The translations under genes and the position numbers were made by a program. DNA of 64,000 nucleotides from Takakia lepidozioides (lineage: Eukaryota; Plantae; Bryophyta). Under the pieces are notes generated by a model. That model saw only the letters and a program-made list of their open reading frames with translations, was not told the origin of the DNA and did not search any database. The stretch spans positions 38,936,001 through 39,000,000 of the forward strand of contig CM060734.1 of assembly GCA_030704615.1 (NCBI GenBank). Reading direction: 5' to 3'. Below, one piece after another: positions 1 to 10,689 of the stretch. How positions within the stretch are numbered: the stretch's first letter is position 1; each line of letters opens with the position of its first letter.

Positions 1-300
1 AAAAATGGTGCCGAATTTCGCGGTTATAGGTCTCAACTTGATTGAAGTGTAAGCCCAAAAGTTGGAAATGTGGCACCGAATTTCGGTACATGGTGCCGGG
101 CATTGCACAAATGTTGGGCAGTTCTGGGCCATGTAACTGGGAAATTCAGCGCCATTTTTCCAGACATCGTTTCCAGACAATGTTGGGACTTAGCCAGTTT
201 TCGGCCCAAAATAGGGAAATTCGGCGCCATTTTTCCAGAAATGGCCCCCTCAATTGCAACTGTTGGCATTCAGTTTTCTGGAAGATTTGCAAATTTTTCC
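1..300. repeat. Cluster of short imperfect direct and inverted repeats (GCCGAATTTC / AAATTCGGCGCCATTTTTCC), probably the subterminal region of a DNA transposon running off the window edge
   Basis: The motif recurs at about 9-20, 74-87, 141-163, 216-239 and 290-300. The ORFs over it are only repeat-derived translations. Confidence 0.45.
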
Positions 301-512
301 TGCCGCCATCTTTGTATTGATTCTGTTTCGACATTGAATTGTCACTGGACGTCAACGGCTATCCAGCAGTCCATAGTGTTTAAAAGACATCACTTTAATA
401 TTATCTGTCTCATTCCAGGAGTTTTGGGGTGCAATTCATTACACTGCAAAACAAAGTCTAATGCATCAAAATGCAATTGCAAATATCCATATGGTGGATT
501 CCCTTTGGCCCA

Positions 513-1912
513 TCAATGATTTCTGGAATCCCGGCGGAGGACTTTGTGCAGCTCGTTCACGCCGAATGTTGGCTCCTTCAGGTAAATGTAATACAGATGC
601 TTGCACGGATAATACTTTGACCCCTTCTTTGCTTCCATCAACGAGAAGTCCGTACAATTGCAAGTCAGCTCCACTCCAATCGTAATTGTGTATACGTCAT
701 CGCGTACAGCTGAGCCGGCCGTTGCCATCCGATAAACACGCCCAAGGCCGGGTGGGGGTACGTCCATGGAGCTCTGAATAGTGCCAGCCATCCCAAGAGC
801 ATTGGCAATCCAGTCTCATTCAACTTGTTGGGATGGTGTCGTCTCTTCACTCTTTCGAATCGCATTGTGGGATGTGCAGAATTGTCCAATCCGTCTCTAC
901 TGGACCGAGCAGTCTGCAATGGCTGGGTCTGAGGAACTGGAAACGGTGTGGGCCGAGACGTCTGTGCGTTGCACCATTCGAAAATCTGCTGCAGAAAGAG
1001 CATCCGCCTTATTCTGAGAGAGGTTGCAACCTGGTGCAGCAGGCCAGACGCCCGGAGGCTCCGGCATTCCCTGAATCCTGTATTTGGGCTTGCCAAATAC
1101 ACAGGTCATTATGTCGTGCCTACAGAACCAAAACGTCTGCGTTGTGGCGTGAGAGAATGTGGGAGTCAAAAATCTGTTGTTGAAACAAGGTGCAGGTACA
1201 GCACCGTGTGGGTTCCTCCGAATCATCTCACCACAGCGTGCTCTCGTATCCACTCAGATAGCGCAGCACTTCCCTCGAAATGCCGGCAATGTCCTTGCAA
1301 TTCTCCACTGTGACTCCGACACTCATGTCTCCACAATGGATATGTTGTACTGCGTTACTACAGATGGTTCGTTATGTTCCTCGGGCACGTGCCCTGTGCT
1401 CAAAGGAGATGGCGATCATGAACGTGCAGGACTTACGGTGCTCGACAAGACCTCCTCGGGCAACATCACAGGACCACGAGGGAGCGTGTGAATATTCTTA
1501 TCAGCTCGCCATGAATCCTCTTCTCCGCCAGGTGCCTCGTCAAGTCTTCGTCTCACTGGATGGGTGTGAACATCTAATTCCAAGTGTTGGCCTCTTCAAA
1601 GCAATGGCGTGTCCCGAAGGCCCTCTCGCAAGGCTGCCGCCCACTTGCGAGATTTCTTCAATCTGGAGGCAGTCCGCATCAGCATTCCTGCCTGTCCGGC
1701 CACAAGCCCCATTGTTTCACTTTCAAGAACTCGTTGTACTGCATTGCTGCATAATTGACCTCACAATGTCCTCCCGTTGGTGGCAGTGAGGATGTCCACC
1801 AGAGCGCCGCAGAAAAGGCACGCCAGGACGAATATATGTTCGGCCAGTGTTTGTTGTCGGCTGTCGGTGTCGGAGGAAGACACATTTCCTGCACATGCAC
1901 AGGTTGAAGGTA
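513..1912 (-). pseudogene. Degenerate SWIM zinc-finger protein gene, probably TE-associated
   Basis: The C-terminus reads YTITIGVELTCNCTDF...YYPCKHLYYIY (SWIM CxC...CxH). It is collinear with the upstream ORF 897-1253 (PAPCF...FWFC..DI..CV). Several in-frame TGA/TAG stops. The 5' end is cut by the TIR at 1913. Confidence 0.7.
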
Positions 1913-2459
1913 CAAGCTGGGGGTGCACTCTTTATAAACTGTGCGTATCACGTGCGTTCGTCACCTAATAAAAAAAACCCCCTGTATACGGGTCATGGAT
2001 AATTTATACCCCATCTGTACATATTTTGAAGATTATAAAAACCCCTCCTGTAAATATACAAAAATTTATAAGGTTAAAAAGTATCCCCTTCTGTATGTAT
2101 ATTCTCATTTTCCATCATTAAAAATAACCTCCAATATGTATATGTATGTTTGTATATTACATCGAATTTATTTATTAAAAACATAATAAAAACTAACAAA
2201 TTAATTTTAAAAAAAAATTGTCTTTGATAAAGTTGTCAAAAACTTTTCGGTCATTTGCATCAAGTACATATGTGTTTGACTTGACATTGTACTTTAAACA
2301 TGCTAACGCGCATAATGGAATCTGAATTAAACCATCATGTTATCCGTCAAATGTATGTATAGACCCCTCCTCGAATTTTGGGTACCATGCTAACCCAATC
2401 TCCATATGAGAAGGACGCTACAATAAATCAACAGAATCCCTTACATTCTACAAACCACT

Positions 2460-5400
2460 ATTGATTTTCTTCCGCATTCTTTGAACCCTGCACAATACCA
2501 AATGCTTGGGTTGCTCCTCTGCAGGTTTTCCCTAGTCTGTCTTTCATGTTTGTAGTTTGGATCGCAGTCTCCTCATCAACAAAAAATACATCACAATCCG
2601 AACCCAATCCCAAGCTCGGGCTTTGTTGCTGGTCGTGGTTTGTTTCTCGAGCAAACAACATCGATGCACTTCTTACTCGGATCAATTATCCTTGGATAGA
2701 GTAGGGTTGCCATTGAGTTGGCTAAACAAAGTGCTTTGACAAATGGAACCACCGCCTTCAATCTATCTTTCTCTTGTTCAAACTCATCAATGACGCATCC
2801 AGAGTATGTCTCAATTCACTTTGAAAACAAGTACCTCTTCTGCATGATCATCCAAAGGTTGGCTCAAAACATCCTCCTTGAATTCGAAGGCCCGCACACC
2901 AATTCATCTTCCACGACCTCATTTGAATATGTGTGTCTACATTAAGAGACAAATAGAATCTATGGCATCGACATTCATCACCCTCCTCTTCCATGCTTTG
3001 AAAGCTAGGCCCTCCATTTGTCTCTCAATTGTCCATGGCTCATTCCACCAATCCAAGGTGGTCGCTTTTGTTTGGTTTCATCCCAAGTTTATGGCATAAA
3101 AGTTGCGCGTCCTAGAAATCTAGTTTTCAAAGCCTCCACCATGCAATCATCCAATTGACAGTAGAAAAGTCGGACAAATCAGCAGAAAGGATACCTGGCT
3201 TCTTCTTCTCAAAGAAAACAAAATGGTTCTTGTTTCTCTGTGAACTCTGAGAATTGGGTCCTTTTGGATTCACCTCGAACTCGGATATGCGTGTTAATGC
3301 TCCTGCATTCTCAATCAAATCACACCCGTCATATATCCTCTCATTCCGTAACATACTTCTCACTTTACTGAAGGACTATTTCAACACACATCTGAACCAA
3401 CAAGGCTCAAAGGAACTTGCACATGATTAAACTTATCCTTGAAAATTTGATAAGTAGAACCACGTAGTGGCATGAAATTGTATACTTCCCTGCTAATGCA
3501 GACGGATTTCAGATTATACACCCGTGGTGTGAATAGCCACAACTTCCACAATCTGAAAAAAAACGATACCTTCGCAGCAGATTGTAACCCTCTCACACAA
3601 TGACATGTGAGGAGACAAAAAAATGTCGATGTAGCATGCAAATGATGTATAGGTAAATTTCAGTTACATTTGGTCCTCTACCTTCGATGATTCACAGTTG
3701 ATTATAACCCCCTCAAACAACTTGCACCTTCCGAGATGCAGTCGTTGAGCTGCTGCCCAATTCTGTCGATATTCTCTTTTGATATCACATTCCCGAAGTC
3801 CATGCTTGTCCACTGAAAATGAATGGTAGACCAATCAACACCATGATTCAATGTAAGGCAACCTCATCATCCAACACCAAAAAAGTCCGTGATGCACTGT
3901 CCAAGGGATTTACCAATTTTCCCCATTGTGGATGAAGTCCTGATCATGGAGTCCGTATTATATCTCCCCGTTGACACTCGACCTGTAAACAACCATCCTT
4001 ACCAAAGGATGCAAAATCTACTTCAGCCCATTGGCATAATCTTCTAACATCACTTTTTCCTCCTACTATCTCCGTCTGAAGCATGCCCAATTATAGGCCC
4101 TACCACGTTCCCTCACATATTTGTCCCACAACTGTCTCACCACTTCCCATTTTTGATCTCACAAAATGTTATCCAAATCTATTGCAAGTGAGCTGGATTA
4201 CCAATATCCATCGAGGTAACCGTACATGTAGAGGATTTGCTATCAACACTCTGGCGTAGTGGGAAACCACATTGTTTTTGAATGCCTCCACAATATGTTC
4301 GTACCCTGATTCCCTTCTTCCACTTGCACCACAAAAATTGAAATAAATACATGGTTGTCTTGAAGCCCACAGAACCGAGAGGGTGTCATCCTAGCAATCC
4401 AACGTACCAATCGCTTCACAACAGTTTCATCTTCGGCCACCATCACTGGGATGCTTCCCATTGGAATATTTGCATCTTCCATCACATCTCTATAAATTCC
4501 AGCCACATGCTGAAATATATCATCCATTTCTCCCGCTCTATACTTCAAACCTTTCCTCAAAAGACTGTCTTGTAGTATCAATAGAAGGACCCCCCACTTG
4601 AAGCCAAAAAATGATGCAATCTCGGACCCCCCCAAAGCTGCACAGTCTCAAACATTGTTTTTGTGCTAGTACCATACCTCTTCCCTTGTGGAGACCTGTC
4701 AATATTCTTGCCCATATCAACAAGAAAATCCCACAAACTTTCTTTTCCTTCAAAATCCCCCCTCCTATGTGCATCAACAATATCACGACAAAATTTGAGA
4801 ACATCTCCTCTTTCAATTGCGTCAATCCCAGACTCCTTCAAACTCCTACATCGCACAGACAAGGATGCCACTTTGGTCCTGGCCTCCCACAATTTGAACC
4901 TCAACTGCCTCAACTCCTGTCTGTTTTTGTAAACTTGTTTGACAATCTCGGCATTTCCAAGATATGACAACCTTCTTCCCTTGCCAGTATCTCTCTCCCC
5001 CTCTACATTCCATGGCACCTCTCTCTATATATACCCTCATTCTGAAGTCATTTTCCAAGGGAATGGAAGAACATGTTGAACACCTCAAGTTTGGAAATGG
5101 CTCCCCATCCAATGACACTCTAAAACAATACGCGTGCCGAAACGTACCAACAACCTTATGCTCTTGATTGTTTAGAGTGATGGTTGCATGTGTCAACGGC
5201 TCGACATACCACTTCTTTCCTCCCTTGCTATCTTGAAGGGATGGTTTCAGACTTATTCTCTTGTGATTGTACTCCCACCATTCATCCCATAGGCCCCAAC
5301 ACAAACTGTCTCTTCTTTTGTTGCATTGGGACCTTCACTGTAATTGTCAATCCTCAATCAGATCTGCCCGTTGGGCAGTGTCAACACAAGTGTATGGAGT

Positions 5401-6590
5401 TTGTGATGAGGATGCTCCTATTGTTGATGCCACAATTGGATTGTCAAGTGGTGGGGACGGCAACACAAGTTGACTGACCAATAAAGAGCTTAGATCCCGT
5501 TGCTTTACATCTTTGGCAATCATAGGCTTTGGAGGCCTTCCTCTCTTTTTGCACAGTCCTTCCCTACTTCCAACCTTCTGGCAAATCTCTGCATCGACAT
5601 GAGTTTTTCCTTTCACATGCTCTATCAAAGAAGATTGCAAAGAACCTGTCCTTGGAAACAAGAGTAGCCACTTCGAATCAAGTGCGCACTTAATCCTTAT
5701 GGAACCCAACTGCGAATAGTCTCCAATTGTGGCTTCCACAATCTCAAATCTGTTTCCAGGATTGTCCTCACAAAACCGAGCGACTTCCTCTAATGCCTCC
5801 TTCACCCTGTTCTTCTTTGCATCTAATGCTTAATCTGCATTTACAGGGCTGATGACACATTGTGATGAACCCTTCCCATGACGCCTCTCATAGGCTATGT
5901 GATGCCCTCACTCCTCAAATGAGATCTCATAAAGTTTGCACATGCATCATATGGTTTGTTTTTCCCAGACCGTGCATAACCATCCTCACACTCAACACAC
6001 CATATGTGGAACATTACTTGTCCTTGTTGATCCTTTGTCATGAGCTCAAACTTGTCACATCGTCCTTCTGCAGAGATTTTCCTTTCAACGGCTCTAATCT
6101 CTTTCTGCCATTTTTGAATATCGCTGGATGTAGCCAACGTGTTGCACAATCTACCAGATCTCTGCTGAAGTGCATGCTCATGTGCATGGTCTTCATTTCC
6201 ACCATCGCCAGCAAAGGGTGTATCAGGGTCCATCCTCATCTTTTTAGACACTGGTGCCGGGTCCTCGCCTGGTCTGTCCTCATGCAAGATCGTAGAACCA
6301 GAAGATAGAGGTCTTTTCAATCCTTGGTCCCCATTTTTTGGTCTGAAATCTTAATGTGTACAGTATCCCCTTTCAGAACCATCCTCTCTTCCTGCTTGGC
6401 TGAAAGGACACTACCCCCCATGGAAAAGAAATGAAATTTTCTTGAGACAAGCTCATCACCTAGAATTTCTGCTCGGATGCATTTGTATGTGACACCTTGC
6501 ATAGTGAACACTGAACCAAGCCTGTTTGGTGATGCATCTCCTCCAACGAGCAGGACTTTTACTTCCAACTCTTCTTCCATGATGAGTTCA
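2460..6590 (-). pseudogene. P-element-like (THAP9-like RNase H fold) transposase pseudogene with N-terminal zinc-finger-like motifs and an AT-hook
   Basis: Ordered motifs across frameshifts: CVEC...NFMRSHL (Zn-finger-like), KRGRPPK (AT-hook), VAEDETVVK (1st D), GHASDGDSRR (2nd D), GLHDQDFIHNG..LVNPLD (D-x2-H motif), RQNWAAAQRL, AAKVSFFFRLWKLW, GSDVC.E..FSKVR (catalytic E). Confidence 0.7.
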
Positions 6591-6949
6591 CCTGCAAAAT
6601 GCAATGAAAACATTTCAAATCAGACCTTGATAGACCAATAACAAAGCACCCGGGTTGGAAGGTTCCAAAGTCCTGTTTTATACAGCCCTATAGGCTGTCC
6701 AAGCAGGGACTACGTTGATAAGAGGATGAAATGTGTACAGAAGCAAGTACCTGATTGATGAGTTTGACGCTGCTAATTCTTGCTGCTGCTATTGACCAAG
6801 TGCTGCTACTTCCACTGCTGGTAGCCCTCTTGGGTGATCCTGAACCCACAGTCCATCCTTGCATCAGTGGCTAGCCCTCCCTCCTTACTAACATATTTAA
6901 ATACAAAGTTCTGTCAAACTCCCTACGATGTTGCATGAAGAAAGCTCAC

Positions 6950-7750
6950 CTGGTTGACAATATTGTCCCACCGCTGTGGATCATATTTATAGAACTCCTG
7001 CCAGCGCTGTTCCTTGCTCCAAATCTGGCCCTCTTGGATGATTTTGCACCCACGATCCTCCCTGCATCAACAGCTACCCCTCCCTCCACACTAACAATGC
7101 GTACATCATGCCTCTGCAGCTGCTACAGCTTCCAGTTGACCATCTTCCATGCAGGTTTCTTGTAGCTATCCTTCCACATGGAATCATAGGTAATCTGGAG
7201 CTTGGAATCCGGCCATCTGGAAATTTAGAGACGACTCTGATAATAGGGAAAAACAGGCTGAAATGTGTTGAAGAAGGTACCTTCATTAGCAGTCCCTTGT
7301 TCTATCAATTGAGCTGCTGCCGCTGCTATTTCCAGTTGACCATCTACTCACATTGTCCCACCACTGATTGGGGTCAGAAAAGTATTCATTCCTTGAAAGC
7401 TTCTCTCCATCTCTGTTATCTTTTTTTAGGTACTGTCATGCTGCCACCTCGGCAGTAACTTGCAAAGTCACTCCAAAGCACCGCAGATCCACCCAATGAG
7501 CTAACTTACAGAATTCAATACATATGCTTCAGGGCTGAGTCTGATGAGAGGGAAAAACAGGCTGAAACAGGTCAAACCAGAAGGTGCCCTCAGGCTGAAA
7601 TGTGTTGAAGAAGGTACCTTCATCAGCAGTGCCTTGCTCTATCAATTGCGCTGCTGCCGCTGCTGTTTCCAGTTGACCATCCACCCACATTGTCCCACCA
7701 TTGACTGGGGTCAGAAAAGTGTCTCATTCCAAAGCTTCTCTTCATCTCTG
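6950..7750 (-). pseudogene. Rearranged fragments of an OSB-type PDF-motif (PPR-leader) gene, set 1
   Basis: Minus-strand translations give WQEFYKYDPQRWDN, EYFSDPNQWWDN, GPDSKLQITYDSMWKDSYKKPAW and GQLEIAAAAAQLIEQG, several times duplicated. Confidence 0.6.
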
Positions 7751-8697
7751 TGGTGTTATTGCAAGGTGACTTCAATGCCCAAGTGGGCAAAGGGCTCCAT
7801 CAGGACGATATCATCGGGTCTTCTGGTGAGGACGAGCTGAATTCTAATGGCAGACGGTTAATTAACTGTCTGGAAGAGCTTCAGTTTTTGACCTTGAATA
7901 ACAGGACAAGAGGTGACCAAGTGCAGTGGACTCGAGAGAAATCCCAAACTGGGAACGTTCCATTGTGGACTATATCATAATGGACAAAAATTTGTTCCCC
8001 CAGTGTGCCAATGTGTTGATCGACAGAACTGATATTGGTACCTCTGACCACTTCCTGGTTTGGAATGAGATCAAAAGGTGTTTTCCCAACACCAGAGTAG
8101 AAGAGATTCTCAAGGACCTGGACCTGGATCTGCAAGTCTTGACCCTGCTGCTGGATAAATCCGACTTAGAGGCTGTAGTGTCCAAAGCCATGTCTGTTGC
8201 CATGAGATTGTCTGATGAAAATGAAGTTAGGCAGAAAACTTCCCTGAACTTGTTTCTAGTCAGTGACATGGGGGAGGACATCTTGGATGACCTCAAGGGT
8301 CCACCCACTCTTGGCACTAGACTGAAATTTAAACTCAGGGAAGGAAGCCTACCTTTGAACAACAAACAGAAGCAGAGAGGAAAGGGGGAGTGCACTTCCC
8401 ATTGTGTGGGCAATCTGAAGACAATATTCATTTTCTGATACACTGTCCGGGGTTCTCTCACCAAAGAGACGCTCTCTTCAAATCTATCAAGGGAATTGTG
8501 CCTGTACCCCTGTTTACCAACTTTGAAAGTCTTGAGGCTGAGCCAAAAGCCCAGGCCCTCCTGAGGCCTAGTTTTTGGGCAAATCACACACAACAGCCCC
8601 TGACAGAGGTAGGTTCTGTCCCTTTTGTTCCCGCTCAAACTGTGCGTGGGGTCAATGGCCACAAGGCCACGGCAAACAACGTCTTATGAGTACAATC
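7751..8697 (+). mobile_element. Internally deleted copy of the RTE/RTEX-like LINE (endonuclease piece fused to the 3' end)
   Basis: Matches 38470-38810 and then 35670-36360 of the full copy. The junction at about 8094 has AGAG microhomology. Ends in ATGAGTACAATCT and interrupts a PDF-gene fragment at CATCTCTGT|TATCTG. Confidence 0.85.
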
Positions 8698-8699
8698 TG

Positions 8700-9400
8700 T
8701 TATCTGTTTTTATGTACTTTCCTGCTGCCACCTCGGCAGTAACTTGCAAAGTCACTCCAAACCACCACAGATCATCCCAATGAGCTATTGAGTCTGATGA
8801 GAGGGAAAAACAGGCTGAAATAGGTTGAAGAAGAAGGTGCCCTCACCACAAATGTGTTGAAGAAGGTACCTTTATCAGTAGTCCTTGCTCTACAACCGTT
8901 GTTGTCGCTGCTGTTTCCAGTTGACCATCTACCCAGGCAGATTTCTTGTAGCTATTGATCCACAGGGAATCAGACGTAATCTTGTGTGTGAAATCAGGCC
9001 CTCTTGGATGAATCTGGACCTCTATCCCTGGTCTTCAGCTATCCCTGCCTGTGTACAAATCATGAATACATCCTCAGCCTTGCTGTTAGCAGCTGACACT
9101 CACGGCGTGAAGTTTTTTCAGTAAACACCCCAACCCTACTTATTACAGTAGTTCCAACTCTGAATTGCATGTCAGAAAAAGTGTTCATTCCAAAGCTTAT
9201 CTTCATCTCTGTTATCTGTTTTTGGGTACTTTCCTGCTGCCACATCGGCAGTACCTACAAAGTCACTCCAAACCACCACGAATCCCCCCAACGAGCTAAC
9301 TTACAAAATTCAATATGCAATTTCAGGGCTGAGTCTGATGAGAGGGCAAAAGAGGCTGAAATAGGTCGAATCAGAAGGTGCCTCACCCCATTGTCCTCGA
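8700..9400 (-). pseudogene. Rearranged fragments of an OSB-type PDF-motif (PPR-leader) gene, set 2
   Basis: RHLLIRPISASFALSSDSALKLHIEFCKLARWG...ADVAAGKYPKTDNRDEDKLWNE, an intron piece, then a cag|IHPRGPDFTHKITSDSLWINSYKK exon. Confidence 0.6.
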
Positions 9401-9550
9401 TCTGTATCCTTTCTCCCTGTTTTTCTTGAGAGAAAAGGGGCAAGACCCCAGATTAAACTTACTAAAAAAATATGATGTGACACATAGAGGATGATAAAAC
9501 TCACTCCCTCCCTCCCTCTCTTCCTGTCTTGCTACGGAAGGATACATCAC

Positions 9551-10144
9551 CTTGGCTGCTAGTCCTTTGGAGGCAAGTTCCACCATGGTGGTCTGGATAG
9601 CGCCAGGTTGACGAGGCCCACAAGGCATCCACATTTCCTCACCCTCTGGAGTGGTCATTTTTTTTAAATGCATCGCATCCTGTGTCTTACGTACTAGCTC
9701 AAACAAGACATCTTTGACCTACATTGGCCACCTACGCTCTCATTAACTAGACTCTACAACAACGAAAATAGGCAGTGCTTGCAAGGTGTGTCAGGAACCT
9801 AAACATGGAGACACGGTTCTCCAGGATGGCACAAATATGAAATCCCTTCATTCAACTATGACAAGGAGAAGTAGATATCACCCACTAACGCAGAAGATAG
9901 TCTCAGGAAAACAGGCCAACATCAATGCCAGCTGCCCCAAGATTCAGAAACAGCCTTGATTACTTCTTCTATTTCCTCTCACCCAAAAACCTTTAAAGGA
10001 AGCCAACCCTGCTCAGAAATCAGGCTGACAAGGAGAGTGGCTTACACAAACAGTAACATCTGACCCTGAAAACCCCTCCATCTTCCTTGCCAAGTCCTCA
10101 AAATCACGCTCTGTCAAACTGTTAGGTGTATCTCCCAAGTGAAC
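9551..10144 (-). pseudogene. VPS4: Two-exon fragment of a VPS4/SKD1 AAA-ATPase gene (intron retained)
   Basis: Exon 10046-10144 reads VHLGDTPNSLTERDFEDLARKMEGF(fs)SGSDVTVC. Exon 9551-9718 reads VKDVLFELVRKTQDAM...WMPCGPRQPGAIQTTMVELASKGLAAK. AG/GT borders are present. Confidence 0.85.
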
Positions 10145-10689
10145 CTGCATCATTCAGTTGGCAAGCAAGTGTCTGAAAAATTGATCCATTTGAAGACACC
10201 ATGGACAGCTGAGCACGGCCTGACATGAGAGGGCAAGACATGCTGAAATAGGTCGAAGAAGAAGGTGCCCTCACCACATTGTCCTACCATGCCCTGTGGA
10301 GAGGAGGGGAGAGAGAGGAGGGAAAAAGAAAGCCCGCGGAAGGGAAGACGAACGCGGGAGAGGAGGAGAAAGAAAAAAGAAAGCCGCGGGAGGTCAGGGG
10401 AGAAAGATCGTGGAGCGAAAAAAAAACAAAACAAACAAAACGACGATCCCACGATTTGATCCCGCGGTGCATTGCAGCGTAAACGTCATTCTTACCACTA
10501 CATTATCCCTTAAAACTCAACAGCCCCCCCCTGTAAAATTATATTTAAGGTGTTTTAAACCCCCCCTCTGTATGTATAATGTTGTTAAGGGGGGGGTTTA
10601 AAATACCCCCTCATATGCACGCACGTGGCTGGTACATTTAATGAGGAGTGCACCCCCCAGGTTGGGGCCGTGGTGGGTGGGCCAAGACT

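Larger units (their letters stand above)
1913..10664 (-). mobile_element. P-element/THAP9-like DNA transposon (defective) with imperfect ~45-bp TIRs and captured host fragments
   Basis: Left end 1913-1957 CAAGCTGGGGGTGCACTC...CACGTGCGT versus the reverse complement of 10619-10664 CAACCTGGGGGGTGCACTC...CACGTGCGT (about 35/46 identical by eye). Subterminal CCCC(T)CTGTA motifs occur at both ends, and there is an internal DDE transposase pseudogene. No clear TSD. Confidence 0.65.

Noticed and set aside
6950-9400. An intact OSB gene
   Set aside because: No SSB/OB-fold is seen. The pieces are duplicated, out of order and frameshifted, and are better explained as PPR-leader fragments.
10150-10601. 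R/K/E-rich or F/S/L-rich ORFs
   Set aside because: They are translations of a purine/pyrimidine-skewed leader region.
1941-10635. 8-bp TSD for a shorter version of the P-like element (GTGCGTAT vs GCTGGTAC)
   Set aside because: Only half the bases match, and the inverted similarity extends beyond these positions.
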